64,000 bases of DNA. It comes from the human T2T-CHM13v2.0 reference genome, Homo sapiens. Both the position numbers and the translations under genes were made by a program. Location of the stretch: the NCBI RefSeq assembly GCF_009914755.1, contig NC_060947.1, one strand, 5' to 3'. The notes beneath the pieces are model-generated. The model saw only the letters and a list, made by a program, of their open reading frames with translations, was not told the origin of the DNA and did no database searches. Numbering within the stretch: the first letter of the stretch is position 1; every line of letters starts with the position of its first letter. Below are positions 47,273 to 64,000 of this stretch, in pieces.

Positions 47273-48640
47273 TTATTTTTTGATTACAATATAACTTATT
47301 ACAGAAGAACCATTTCTTTTAAGGAAACAAAAGGAAACTATTAAAGGTTCAAGAATTCCTAAAATTTAACACTTATTTCTCTCCTAGATCAACCCTTAAT
47401 TCCAGACTTCTCCACTATTAACAGTCAAAGTTTGAAACTGACACTCAAGTTCATAAATATCAATGCTTTTTTTTTTAAACACACCCTTTCATGACTGGGG
47501 CTCCAGATCATTTCCATGAAGCCTATGAAAATACTAGTGCTCCTATAACTTTTCGTTTAGAATGGTGTTGCCTAGACTTACTTCCTTTGACTCATTTCCT
47601 CAAACAAGTTCTTGGTCTCTCTTTTTTTTTAATCAAATGGCATAATATTCCTAGGATTAAAATCTCAGTCATTCTTCTCCCCAGAAAATTATTGACTCAT
47701 ATCAATTCTAGCTTATAACATTTTTCAACATCTACCTTTTCCTTTTAATTCATAACACTACCTAGTTCAGGCCCTCAGTGTCTTGGGTATCATATAACTT
47801 TATTGTTATGTATTGAGCTTAGTTTCAAAGTATTATGGTAGATATTTTTGAGAGATAAGAAAGAACAAACATTTAATGAGGGCCTCTATATGTCAAAAAT
47901 GATAGATTATCCCTTTAGACCTTAAGACAAATGTGCAAGGTAAGTGGCACATTTGTCTGAATGTTCAAAAATTTTGAAGAAAAGAAAATTAGGATTCAGT
48001 GAAATCAAAATAACTTGTCACGTCATTTGGGTTTAGCTGGAACTTAACTTTGCATTATCTTGACTCTTTTCATTATGCATACATAACGGTTCCACATGTT
48101 GGAGATGACAAACTACGTGATGCAATTCCTAATTTCATGAAATTGACAATTTAGTAAGGAAGATGAGATGTGTACCGAAAGAACTATGATCCCAAGACCA
48201 ACATGGTCTAAGTGTTATAAGACACAAGAAGGTACAGTGTGCTCCTGCTGAGGAATTTGGGGGAAAAAAAGGTTTCTGGAGTAGAACTGATTTTGAACGA
48301 AACTTTAAAAGATATGTAAAATTCAAACAAAAAGAGTGGAATAAAAGTATTTCAGGGGAGGCAAGAGTATGAAGGACAATAACGGAAAGCTTAGAATAAA
48401 GCCAAGTCATGATGGGCTTCACAAGGGCATATGGACTTAACTCTGCATTCAACAGGCGGAAAGGAGTGACTTAAAGTGGGTATATCAGGGGTCAGTTTCA
48501 GGCTTCAGGATTGAACCAGAAGAAGGGTAGTGGGCACAGAATGGAAGGAAAGAATAGAAGAGGTATATCAAAACTAGAGAGTATTAAAGCTTGAGTTTAG
48601 AACTTGCTATGAATACAACAATCCTTTAGATTTATTACAC

Positions 48641-48943
48641 TTTTTTTTTTTTTTTTTGAAACAAGGTCCTACCCTTTACTCGGGCTGGAGTGCAGTGGCG
48701 CAATCATGGCTCACTGCAGCCTCCCCCTCCTGGGCTAAGCGATTCTCCCACCTCAGCCTCCCATGTAGCTGGGACTACAGGCATACACCACCATGCTCAG
48801 CTAATTTTTTTATTTTTTGTAGAGACGGGGTTTCACCATGTTGCCTAGGCTGGTCTCAAACTCCTGGGCTGAAATAATCTGCCTGCCTCTGCCTCTGCCT
48901 CCCAATGTACTGGGACTACAGGTGGGAGCCACTGTGCCCAGCC
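48641..48943 (-). mobile_element. AluJ
   Basis: Antisense dimer with poly-T. Confidence 0.9.
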
Positions 48944-50177
48944 TAGATCTATTACATTTAAGCTTAAGTAATGTTGTTCCTGATGCAGGAGATGGAGCTT
49001 TGACTTTACATGAAACAAATTCGTCTACAATTGTCAATGCCAAATTCTCTTTGTGGGTGTAATAAAATAAATATGTTGATGCTCTGATTTCAGTAATTGA
49101 AAATTAAAATACATGAAAATATGAAATTATAAAAGATACTGGAGTGATGATTCACATTTACAATGTACTTAAAAGGTAGACTGTGAGTTCTGCAAGGAGA
49201 AAATAATGGAAAAAAAAGAAAAATTAAAATGTACTTAAACGGATTTATCCAAATTTTTTCTAAGTAGCATGCTTTCCTAATTCAGTCAAATGGTTTATAT
49301 CTACTCATATATTCAGGAACAAATCCTAATGTAAAAATAATTAATCAATCAGGGTTTTCTATCACATCCAAACACATAGCTTTTCAAAATCATACATGCT
49401 GAATTAAAATCAAAGTATCTGTGGGTGGTTCAATTCATCCATAAGTGATTCTTATGATCAGTTCGGATGGGAATCGTTGCCCTACAGGACAGGCTTAGAC
49501 TCTTACAGATAACAGCTGTCCAATATCTATTTGGTGACTAAGCTGATTGATATAAAAGTCTTGCCATCTAGAATGGTACTTATCAAGCTAAATTATGCTT
49601 TAGTCTAACATGAAGAGATTTTTGAAAAAAAAAAAGGATATATAAATGTACATCTTTTTTGCACTACTTCAAATCTACTTAATTCTCCGAAGTTGAGGCT
49701 AAATAATCTGTGCTTTTAGCCTATATTTGGCCGTAATCTCTTAGTCAAACTAGTCATTTGGTTCAACCTTCCACCACGGTTGTTTTCAAGCCTAGCTGCA
49801 CAGCAGAATCACCAATTAAAACATACCAGTGCCCAGGATCCACTCCAGACTAATTAGAATCTCTGAGAGCGGTTCCCAGTCATATTTTATTATTTGTTTT
49901 GTTTCTTAAAGCTTTCCAGGTGATACAACAAGGGTAAGTATAAACCTTCTTCTAAAATGACAATCCTTCAATATTTTAAGACAGCATTATTTATTTAGGA
50001 CATATTTATTCTTCCCTCCCTCTCTGCCCTATTTGTGAATTAATCCCAGTATGTCATAATTTCTAATCCTTTTTTAGTGTTATTAGTTTGCCTAAATCCC
50101 TGCCACTCATAAGGTATAACCTAAACACAATCACTTTAATACTGTAATAACAACAAATAAGTAAAATGGGACCACCT

Positions 50178-52047
<1,870 letters not shown>

Positions 52048-52712
52048 CAGAGGACCCAAACACCTAGCTGCTTCCAAATACGAAGCACAGAAGATGATTT
52101 AAAGTTTTAAGCAGCTATACAGTTAACACAAACCTTTAAGGGCCTAAAAAATCAAAGGGTCCCAATATTTCTTCTCTTAATCTTCCATTATCTTTATTTT
52201 CTTGTCTATGTCCTAACCCTAAAGCTGGTTCTCTCCAAAATATCTCTTTGTAAAGATCTATGAGGCATTTCTATTACCAAGTGTAATATTTTAATAATTG
52301 CAACTAGAGTTAAAAAGAAATTTTTCTGCAAAATTAGTATTTTGGTTATGATTTAGGTACAACAGTTGAGTTTTCCCCAATGATAAATGTACAAAATTCA
52401 TGGCAGATGGTCTTTTATCTTTCAATCTAATTAAGAAAGAAATTAGGAGAGCTAGGGTTAAAAATATAAACAGATTACACATTAGAATATCAAATGACAA
52501 CATACTAAATATTGTGAAGTATGATTTCAAGTCTCATCTGGAAAAAATACATGTCTTTGAAAATGGTATGGTAAATACTTCCTGGTTAATTTTAGGCATA
52601 TTTTTTCAATATTTCTAGCCTAGAATTTTTCAACTGTTCTTCATTCCCTGGTACATTTGAATTTTTTTATGCTACTATAAACTTGGAAAAGAGATAAGGA
52701 TAGAGGAGCAAG

Positions 52713-53023
<311 letters not shown>

Positions 53024-53478
53024 TAGTGAAACTTGGTATTGAGATCTTAATGACACAAAGGCATGCTCTCAAGTATGAAGTGGAATATACCATCTTTAAA
53101 ATATACAGGAATTTCTGATGCTGATATCATTTATTTCCATTTTAACATGAAACAAAAGCAATGGGGAATAAGAAAGTACTATCAAAACCTAGGTTCAAAA
53201 TGGGAAGATAACCTATATCTGATAATGAAGTAAGGGTTTAAAAATAATAAGATGTGGAAAAGATAAGACCAATGTTTACTAGATGGTCCCATTTATACTC
53301 AGGGTATAAGAGGGTAAAATTGCTTTGCAATGCTGTGCTTTGTGGTAATAAGAAACTATTCAAGTTGCCAACTGTTAACAAATTAAGCATGACTTTTAAA
53401 TATATATTACTTTCCATAAATACATCAGAAAGTTCTTCAGAGTGGAGAAATATGGTCATATAACAAAACTATGACCTA

Positions 53479-53660
53479 TACGTACAGAGTTTCAATTTGG
53501 GATGATGAAAAAGTTCTGGAGATGGACAGTGGTGAAGCTTGCTTGGCAATGTAAATGTAGTTAATGCCACTGAATTTCACACTTAAAATGGCAAAGTTTA
53601 TGGTGTGCATATTTTACAATAAAACATAAAATAAAATATTGAAAAAAATAAAAGATAAAA
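53479..53660 (+). mobile_element. L1MB-like 3' end fragment
   Basis: gtacagagtttcaatttgggatgatgaaaaagttctggagatggacagtggtga..ttaatgccactgaa..acttaaaatgg, followed by an A-rich tail. Confidence 0.8.
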
Positions 53661-54377
53661 GCATCTGAATCACTGCATGAAGGACAGCTGCCCTGTAGAG
53701 TCAACCTGCTGCTCAGAGGAAACTGCATGAGCAAGTGATGGTTGTTTTGCTACCATGACATAAACAATCCACTTCTGAATAACATTTATGATGGTTATTT
53801 GAAATGAAATGGTAGTTTTGTGACAAATTATAAATGGGATCTGATCAGAGAGCTCATATATTCCAGTAATGTATTTGATTACATTTAAGTGTGGCTTCAG
53901 CATTTGGTGGGAGAAATGAATAAACTCCAATTTTCTATAAATAAGAGTGTTTTACCTCTTCATTTCCCTCTTACAAGAAATGTTTTCATGACCTAAGAAA
54001 ATAAATCTTTCATAATAATTTGTAATGGGGAGAAAAACTATGACCTACAGTACTGGGATGTTGGAAAAAAATAAATAAGATTCTGAGTTGGTCAAACAGA
54101 TTCAAATCCCATCTTTACCCACAACTATATAGCCTTCAGCAAATTATGTAACCACTATGGACCGTTTTTTATTTCACCTAAAAGGTACAGAAATACAATG
54201 TGTAATTTTTAATTCTAGGATTTGGTGAATGTTAAATGAAATAATTTTTAAAATGTTCAACACATGTAGGCACTTGATAAAGTATGCTTGTTCACTAATC
54301 CAGAAGCTTTGCATTTTTTACTTAATATTATACATAATCATTTTATTTAGACCAGAGTTATTTTAGAGGTCATCTAG

Positions 54378-54588
54378 TTCATGGTTTCTGAAACTCGGCA
54401 CTATTGTCACTTTGGGCTGGATAACTGATTGTGGTGAGGAGCCTGTCCTACGCATTATAGGATATTTGGCAGCATCTTTGGCCTCTGCCAATCAGATGCC
54501 GGTAGCATTCCATAGTTGTGACAACCAAAAATATCTCCAGACAACGTCAAATATCCCGTGAGGCAAAACTGCCTCCAGTTTAGAACCA
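54378..54588. mobile_element. MER20 hAT element, nested in a MIR
   Basis: ggcactattgtcactttgggctggataa..gttgtgacaaccaaaaatatctccagaca..agaacca. Confidence 0.8.
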
Positions 54589-56924
54589 ATCCAATGTCCT
54601 CATTTCATAAAGGAGGAAGCTAAGGCCCAGAGAGGTAATAGGAATTAAAGAATTGAGGGAGGTAAACTGTAAAACATGATTCTAGACTCAGGTGGATTTG
54701 GTCTATCAAAAAATTCTAGTAGTCTGGGAAGAGACAATAGTAATAGAGGGATGTTCTTAAGTCAGTAAGATGCAATTAGGAGTACTAATAGCTCACATTC
54801 TATGGACTTGGGCATTACTAAAATTCCTTATGTTGATATAAAATACTCAATTCAGTTTGTACCAGAATATCTGCCTTCAATGATATAAAAAGCAAAGAGA
54901 TTGACTTGACAGAAACTTACTTTTTAGCTACTTTTGTTGGATTGTGCCTACTCCAAATAGCAGCACTATTATGTGAAAGTAAAGTAACATTAACTTCTGC
55001 ATTCAAAAGTGCAGCTGAGTGTGAAATCCAAATTATCATATTTGAAATTTTCTAATTAATGCTACTACATAACAACAGGCAATTTAAGATGAAATGCATT
55101 TTTATGACAAAAATAAAACATTTATGGCTTGAGTGAGAATAATGAATTTGGTCCACCCATGCTTATGGAATTGTAAACCATGCAGGATCTCTGAGGAAAG
55201 GAACCAGAAAATTACCATATTTCTTCAGTTCCGGGCAAGAGAATTCTCTGTTCATTCCAATTAAATGTTCTTTGTTAACCCCCAAGTTTAAGCTATTCAA
55301 ATTAGGTGACTCTATTTTAGATATAACTGGCTATATTTAATAAAGTGAATCTCACTTGCATTTGTTAAATGACAATTAGGTTGAGTTGCACAAAACCCCA
55401 AATTTCCTCCTCAGGATAACCCGTCAGATGTTTATGGGAAAAACTTGCTATTAGATGTTTTAATGCTTTGCTGAAGTGGGAAGTTCACAGGCCAACTGAT
55501 CTTGATGCAAAAACATCTAGCATTATAAAGGATTCGTTGTATACCCTATTTTAATAAAGTAACAAAAATGGAGCAAACTTCAGGACTGGCTGCAATATCA
55601 TAAACATAAATCTCATTCTCAGTCACAGATTTCAAGTCAGGCATTACAAAATCTGAGAAATAATCATTTTAATTGTGCAAAGAGCACATGTGCTATATTT
55701 TCCATGATTACACTTTTAAACTCCCTCAAGCATTCTTGATTAAATAGAATTAAAAAAAACTGACTTGACCTTTGCAATCTTTTAACACCATCACAATCTT
55801 AGAAAAGAATGAGCAGAGCACAGCACTAAGTTATAGGAGACTGGGGAACTGAGTTAACCTACACAAAATGTTTTAACTCTTTTTCCCCTAAAGGTCACAC
55901 TCTGTTTAAGGAATTTTCATGAATAATAGCTGTGGTAGAAATGCAGATCTGTACCTCTCAGCATGATGACCACTCACAGCTATAATGCTATCTAGTGTCC
56001 TTAGTTTTTCAGTTTATAAGACTACCACCTGACTTATGAGTTTGCCAAGTTTTAGCTACTTTACACAGTTATCACAATCAAAGAAATAATGAAGGGTTTC
56101 CCATGGCATGTTAACAATTACATATTACAACAGAATTAACAAAATAATTGGGAGTACTAGTTATATGTTTAACATTTACATTGTCTTTATTTAAACCAAG
56201 TCCTTTACCTTCATAATCATAAGCACTTTGTAGCTAGCCAGCTCAGGGTTCATGCTTGTGAAGTCAGAAACTGAATTAAGGTACTGTGTAAATCCATTAA
56301 CACACCTGATCCCATGACAGCTACTTTGCATCAGAAAGCCACCAAATACATGGCATTCATTCCAACAGGTTAGTAAATGTGAATGAATCTGCAAGGCTGG
56401 TTTCAGATGAGAAAGAATCAAAGTTTTTATCCTAACTGATATGTAATAAATATAGTAGGGGGTATGCTTAAGTTAGTCTTTACAACAAGCTTAGTTAGTA
56501 TTTTCACACACTGAAATCTAATAGAGAGGATCACAAACGAACAAATAATAATTTACCTCTCTCCAGATATCTCCACCTGCCAAATGCAGATAATTAAAAA
56601 CTAATTCTGTAACAGTTTACTATTCTTCCGTCACACCATTAGATTTACAGTATAATTTGCTTCACTGTGCCTGTAGTATATAAAATACTATGAGCTACAG
56701 AGTACAGATTTATAATAAACAATGGAATGGTCCTGTGGCTCAGGATTCTGACTAGTAACATTTAAAACTGCATTCCTTCCCTTATTTAAATATTTTATAA
56801 TTTTACTATCAAGCACTATTATTGAGTTGTTTAGTATAGCTGTGTTTAATTTGTCCGTATATCCTTAACACTAAGCATAGTGCCTGGCACACACACATAG
56901 AAGTGTTCAATAAATGATTCCTGA

Positions 56925-57256
<332 letters not shown>

Positions 57257-57991
57257 ACCCACTAGATTTTCTTATGGTGGTCTTACTATCATTTGACTTG
57301 AAACTTTACTGAATAATATGGAGACAAATGATAGTCTTGTTAGGGCATTGCTACACAAACGGATTAATAGCTAAATAAAAAGCCAGAAGGTCTTCCAATC
57401 TAAAACAGGATAAATTTGATATATTTTTTCTTAAAAGGAAGAGGTAAATAAGCAATTTTTTTTTTACTATGAATATATCAGAACATTATTCCTGGGTGAA
57501 AATTCATTTTTGAGCCATTAAACATTTTTGAAAAATGAAATATGAAGTGTCCTACAAAATCTCATAATTCCCTTTACTGTGAATTCTGAGTGTATATGTG
57601 TCTTTTCAGATGGCATTTCTTTTCTTTCTTTGTTCTATTTCTAGGTTTACTGCTCAATGTCCCATTTGTAATCTTTGAAAGCTTCTAATATTCCCTGTTT
57701 GCTAGTTTCTAATCTCCATTGACATTTGTTCATTATCCACCCCAAGACAGATGAAATCCTCAAGAATAACAGCTACAGTTCAAAATGGATCAGCAAATGC
57801 TTTTCCAAACCACTTTTAATGATCCTATAAGGAGTGGATTTGCAATAACTGAATCTTGACAATTCTTTGACATCTTTTAGGGCAATCTCTTTAACTAGGA
57901 CTTAAACAAGCAAAAGATATTGGCACACCACCAAGTAACATTTTCCTTTCTTCTCCTTTATCTGCCATCATAATTGACAACCATTTATGGC

Positions 57992-58020
57992 ATATATATA
58001 TATATTCTATATATATAGAT

Positions 58021-58084
<64 letters not shown>
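57992..58084 (+). repeat. Compound (TA)n(CA)n(GA)n microsatellite
   Basis: Direct reading. Confidence 0.93.
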
Positions 58085-60308
58085 AACAAAAATATTTTGA
58101 GGCCTAATAGTGTTTCGAACAGTGCAATATATAAAATGTTTGCCATTTGTTAAGTGAAAAGGTGAGAGAATTTTAGTTTGGACTGAATAGTGAATGAAGG
58201 ATATATAGCTAAAATGAAATGGTAAGAGAGAATTTTTAGGTTAACAATTATATTTGGTTTTTCATATGCTAGTAAATTGTCTCAACACTAACTCAACATA
58301 GATCTCATTATTCATTGAATGTCAGGTGATAACTATCAGAAAAGGTTTCTTACGATTTATGAGTTATTGTTCTAGTGCACAGCCATGGAAATGTGATGGA
58401 AAGACTATCAATCAGAACAGCAAAATCATGGTTGATACTTTCAGATCTGAAATCAACCCTCGGAGTGTGGGGAGTTTTACTCCCTTATTTCAAAAATGTC
58501 AAAACCCAAATCGAGAGGGCATGGGGCCTGTTCAGGGTCACAAAGTCCAGTGAATTAATTAGCAGGTGAACCTATGTTAACTGCATCACACTCCTATGCC
58601 AGGGTGCTCCTCATTTTACTGCCTACAGCAATAACATAAGTAAGGTATTGCTCCTACTTTATGAAATTAGCTCTCTGAAAGCCTTTAATATTTGCATATA
58701 TTAAAAGATACTGCAAACAAACCAGTTGCATCTCCAGGCAAAAAGCCATATTTTTTTTTCCACGAGATACTGGTCTTAAACCTTACTGTGAACAGACGAT
58801 GAGAGCCAAATTGAATTGTGATCTTGATGCCTATAAAACTGCTCTTGCCTACTAGCTGGTTATGGACATAAAGGTTGATATAAATTTTTAAAATCCAGAT
58901 TTCATGTTTCCATCCATTAAGGCTGATTGAAGACACTAAATGGAGTCTTTCAAAGGTTGACTTTAGTAAGAGAGTTGATAAATAAAACATTACAGTGTAC
59001 TTCTAACTTCCATATTTAATAAGTGGCATTTATGTAATGTGCCTATACAAATATTGTAAGGGATTTTTTTTCTACTTTGCCATTCCTCCAAAGTGAAAGG
59101 TGTGAAAGGTTATGGAATAGCACACAGGGATATATCATTTAAGAATGTGAAGAAGAGATTATTTTTATGCGATAATTTTAATGGAGTATCTTCCTAAGAA
59201 AAAGGAACTTACTTTCCTCTATTTTGGTGTCCACAATCTTTCACTTTGGAGGCAAGTTAGCAACATAAGGTAACACAGCAAATTCTGGAAATTAATTACG
59301 AAATTTACATGGCAAAATGCTTTACTGGGATGCTCTGCAGTGGAATGGTCTCCACCAGCTAAGAACATTTCCCAAACTGCTTTAAAACACATTTCAATGG
59401 CAAATTTTACAGTTTGCTATTAGTAGGCTGTTTACAAGTATACAGAACTTTGTGTGAATACCGCTTATATTGATACAGTCAAGAAATATCTTTTTATGTT
59501 AGGAGTAATATGTGTTGGTAGGTACAACAGAACTTATTAAAGCCAAACCACCTTAAAGATGGACCTGTAAATCTTGCTTTACTAGGTCACATCCTCAAAT
59601 AGCCAAAGAAAACTCTCCAAAGTGATTCCTGAAATCTGTACTTCTGCCACACTCTCTTCCTCTCTTTCCCTAGTAGAGTCCCCTCCACCAGACCTTACCT
59701 TCCTAAAATCCGACAGATCCTACTTTAAAGCTCAAGTATACACTTGTAACCTGCCCAAATTTCTAACGCCATCTCTCTGTAAATATTCTACTTCGAGTTT
59801 CTACACTGCAGGACGTTGAACACCAACGGGGGTTTACTCCCCCTTATTTCTTCGGTATTTCCTCTTTTATCTCCGCCCCTTTCTCCATCGGTCCCCGTTC
59901 CCTTATCCTTGACCCTCTTGGCCCACAGCACTTCTATCTTGCCTCCTCTCTCTTCCAAATCACACCTCAGCTTCCTACAGCACACTAAGTTGTCCTGGCT
60001 GGGAGAGAAATTATGTGGTATTTTTTTTTCCCTTCAAACTCCTGCCTCATGAGTACCTGCAATTCTTTTGCCTGGGGGCCCCCATCCTTTACAGGTGGGA
60101 GAGGTAGGGAAGGCCCTCTCTGCTTCAGTCCATCTTGCACACTCGGGGCTAATACGGCGGGGCGGGGCGGGGCGAGCTTGGCCTTTACTGCGCCACGGCA
60201 GGTGGGGGGTGGGGCAGTGGCGAACCGCGCCCAGCCCAATCTCGGACGGGCTGAAGAGAGGCAGCGAAGGAGATGGGGCCGCCCCCGCACCCCGGGACGG
60301 GAACTCAC

Positions 60309-60600
60309 CTTCTCTGAGGCAAGGGCGGGTGTCTACTTTAAAACTACTGCCCCCCCTCCCCGCCGCCGCCATAGTGGAGCCGCCAAAGCCGCCGCCGCCG
60401 CCGTCGCCACAGCCACCGGCAGGCGGGCAGGCAGGGGCGGAGGTGGCGGAGGAGGCAGGAACAATTACTGCCGCCGCCGCCGCCGCCGCCGCCGCTGCCG
60501 CGCAGGCGGTGTAGGAGGAGGAGGAGGCGGCAGAGACGGTAGCTTCCTGAGGGGAAGACTCCGCCGCCAGCGGGGTGACTGTGCTCGGCGCCGCCGCCAT
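60309..60600 (-). CDS. ZMAT1: ZMAT1 coding exon 1: Ala/Gly-rich N-terminus MAAAPSTVTPLAAESS...CLRE
   Basis: ATG at 60598-60600 in a GCGATGG context within a CpG island. Donor AAG|gtgagt at 60308; phase 1 joins exon 2 in frame. A second in-frame ATG lies at 60370-60372. Confidence 0.85.
60469..60501 (-). repeat. GCN trinucleotide repeat (pure GCG x8 core) encoding 11 Ala
   Basis: Direct reading: GCG GCA (GCG)8 GCA. Confidence 0.9.
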
Positions 60601-60987
60601 CGCAGCGAGGCGCGCGGACAATTGCACTTGCGTCTCGATTCCGTTAAGCTCCTTTAGCCCCGCCTTCCGTTAGCCCCACCCCCTTTGTTCCTCTTTTTAA
60701 CGCTTCAGCTCGAGCCTCGTTCTCGCTCCTCAGTCCACCAATCGGAGAGCTTTAAGCCCGCCGGCCGTTTCCCCCTCCCCCACTGCCTTGCGTCACCCCA
60801 CCTCCCTTTGGAGGGGAAGCAACGACGGCCAAGGGCAAAGGGCAAAAAGCGCGGGATGTGAAAGCACGTGGGCCTCGCACAGTGAGGCTTCTTTGGAGAT
60901 CTAATCTAAAACCAATTTAAGAGGAAAAAATGTCTGGAAACTATTGATCTCACCTCCAAAATATCTCTGAAATATATCTTCACCTGG

Positions 60988-61004
60988 CTTTTTTTTTCTC
61001 TTTC

Positions 61005-61035
<31 letters not shown>

Positions 61036-61312
61036 AGAGTCTCGCCCTGTAGCCCAGGCTGGAGTGCAGTGGTGCGATCTCACTCACTGCTACCTCTGCC
61101 TCCCGGGTCCTGGTTCAAGCAATTTTGCCTCAGTGTCCCGAGTAGCTGGGATTACAGGCATGTGCCACCATGCCCAGCTAATTTTTGTATTTTTAGTAGA
61201 GATGGGGTTTCACTATGTTAGCCAGGCTAGTCTTGAATTCCTGACCTCATGATCCACCTGTCTCGGCCTCCCAAAGTGCTGGGATTACAGGCGTGAGCCA
61301 CCACGCCCGGCC
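60988..61312 (-). mobile_element. AluS with long poly-T
   Basis: Antisense dimer; TSD cctggctttt. Confidence 0.92.
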
Positions 61313-62220
61313 CCTGGCTTTCTTAAAGCACTTAGTACAGAGAATAGAACAGAAGCTTTCATTCTGACACATTGTTTCCGTGGCCTCTTAAAGGACTGCC
61401 TATCTATCGATCTGCCCATCTTAATTACAATAACTTCCTGTGAATTCAGCACCCAATAGAAGTACTAGAATATTACTGATCACTTAAATCTCATCTTGTC
61501 CCCCCAACCTCTCCTCTCAAAGAGACCAATATCCTGATTTATATTTATTATTTCTTTGCATTTTAACATATATTCTTATCACATAGATATGTGCCTAAAT
61601 AGTGTTGTTTAGTTTTGATTGTTTTCAATTTTCACAAATATTTATATCTTTTTCTAGGTAGCATTCTGGGACTTGTTTCTGCTTTTTTTTCCCTCAAGCA
61701 ATACTCTCACCTCAGCCTCTGGAGTAGCTGGGATTACAGGAAGGAGCCACCATGCTTGGCCTGGGACTTGTTTCTTTCACGTAACATTCTAAGATTCATC
61801 TATGTTGTTGCTTGTAGCTGTAGTTATGCACTGTCGATGCTGTAGGATATCTCACCCTTTTCCTTATTGATGGGCACACCTCCTGGTGCCTTTGTGCAAG
61901 TCTCCCTTAAGTATTCTCTCCTTTCCAGTCTTAGATCCGTTGCTGTATTTCAAGTCCTCATGATATATGGTCAGACGTATGGCATCCACCCCACTGGTCT
62001 TCTTTCCTCTGATCTCAATCCCTCCAATCTATTACCAAGTTGTTGCCAGTCGTCACTGGCTGTCCAGTGCTTATTGGACAAAGTCAAAAGACACAGTTTT
62101 GCCCTGTTAGTCTCCCCATTCACCTCTTTGACCTCATCTCTTTCCACTGTCCCCATCTCTCCCCTCTGCTTTTACTTTGATTTAGCAATCCCTAAATCTT
62201 CTTAGATTCCTGTGAAGACC

Positions 62221-62621
<401 letters not shown>

Positions 62622-64000
62622 CTATACACCCTTAGAAACCCAGACAACACATCACCTCACCAAGTAACCTGTTCTGTCTCTCCTTAGAGTTAATTTCACC
62701 TTCTGTGCTACATCTATATCTGGTGTGTATTTTTATTGTAATGAATTATATACTTTGTACTTCTCAAGAACCTGGGACCATTTGAGACAAAAGACAGCGT
62801 CTTATTTTCCATGACTCATGCTCCAGCCCAGTAAAGTCCTAGGACAGAAGTTGAAAGGCAGGGATCCCTAGGCCCAGGTCTCTAAGTCCCTAGATCTGGC
62901 TTATGATATGTTTTCTTCTACGTACACAATTGTTTATTCATGACCTCATCAACATTTGAAAGGGGTATTTCATGCAAAATAAAAGTCTGTTAACAACATG
63001 AAGATTTGGCAGTACTGGCTGTGCATTCCTGAATGGCTACAGTTGGCTAGAGCTGAATAACCAGTTAGAGAGACTTGGAGTTCTGGGCTTTTAAACACTT
63101 ATCTTTATGTTGTTTTTTGTGGTTCAATAATTTACCCAAGATTACCTGAGTCAATGGGTAGCTTCTCTAGACTTCTACCTTGTCCTTATGTAAGTTAGAT
63201 CAAATTTTACTCGTTAAGGAAATTACTGGATAGGCCAGACACAAGAAATAATCTGCTCAAGTAGCTAGTAGGACAAGGCAAGCATACAAATGGGGTGTGA
63301 TTTTATTCCTTCTGATATGGAGGGATCTCTCAAAAACATTGTTTTTTGAAATATGAATCACAATCCACTTAGGTAAGAAATATTCATTCAGAATCTCTGG
63401 AGGAGTGGGCATCACTCAAGATTCAGTCAGCAAAAAAGAAACTACACTAGGTATTTCAAACAGAAAATATTTAATGTAGAATATCAGGTACTTAAAAGAA
63501 TCAGAAAGGTTAAAGAAGTAAAATCCAGGAGACTTACGCAGATAAGGTCATCTGGCAGTTGGAAGCTTTTTCATCCTCGTCTATGTTCTCTCCTTTGTTG
63601 CAGAAGCTGGAATCCTGTGAATTACATTTCCTAAACTTCTTGCCAGCAGGATTCTGAATATGGTTTAGGTATCACCAATGCTATGTATTTGTATGATATT
63701 TTTTAAATAGAAAGGAAATAAAAACTGTTCTTTATGTGGAATCTGGCAGATATAAAACAAATTTTTTTTCAGACCCTAGCATTCTTCTGTAAGTCTTGTA
63801 CTCAAAGGCTTTGGAGGATCTGTGAGATTAGCAATGGTTTTCTGCAGTTCCCTGACCTCTGTCTGACAGTAACAACTATATCAGTCAACAAATATATATT
63901 AAATTATGGAATTACTTTGTCCTTCTTAGGATCCACGGAAAATTCTGTCTCTGCCACTTTAACAGTAAAAAGAAGTGGTAGGATAATGCACAAAATAAAA

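Larger units (their letters stand above)
60140..60880. promoter_or_regulatory. CpG island / ZMAT1 promoter
   Basis: The only strongly GC- and CpG-rich non-repeat block in the window. GC box ~60658-60664, CCAAT 60738-60742, TGCGTCA 60789-60795, E-box CACGTG 60865-60870, no TATA. Confidence 0.85.

Noticed and set aside
49310-49770. Possible mitochondrial insertion or ncRNA in unusual-looking unique sequence
   Set aside because: I could not match it to any mitochondrial gene or RNA family by eye; a BLASTN/Rfam search would be needed.
60013-60657. 214-aa and 148-aa plus-strand ORFs over the CpG island
   Set aside because: Antisense shadows of GC-rich exon 1; low-complexity Arg/Gly/Ala content reflects stop-codon scarcity.

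Overview
Eukaryotic (primate, almost certainly human Xq22) genomic DNA, AT-rich and dense in retroelements. One complete protein-coding gene on the minus strand, ZMAT1 (zinc finger matrin-type 1), can be assembled from the sequence alone. It has a CpG-island first exon (ATG at 60600) and six GT-AG coding exons (60309-60600, 32792-32898, 26739-26840, 26488-26662, 15255-15354, 12133-13444). These give 2088 nt, i.e. 695 aa, with three intact matrin/JAZ-type fingers and a KRCC1-like Lys-rich C-terminus. The rest is L1, L2, Alu, MIR, MER and LTR sequence, including a near full-length old L1 that carries a ZNF135-like processed pseudogene and a U6/L1 chimera. The most interesting signals are: (1) a decayed, frameshifted fourth zinc-finger exon in intron 4 that still has in-phase splice sites (24215-24504); (2) an Alu-derived exon (47110-47230) followed by (UG)24 that would frameshift the exon-1 ORF; (3) two fossil copies of the coding C-terminus in the 3' UTR; (4) independent insertions at the same homologous site of two old L1s; (5) several local templated duplications and a candidate L1 3' transduction. 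I see no evidence of a wholly new multi-gene system. The best candidate for undescribed biology is splicing/NMD control of ZMAT1 through these two non-canonical exons. Gene names and repeat subfamilies are from recognition, not database searches.
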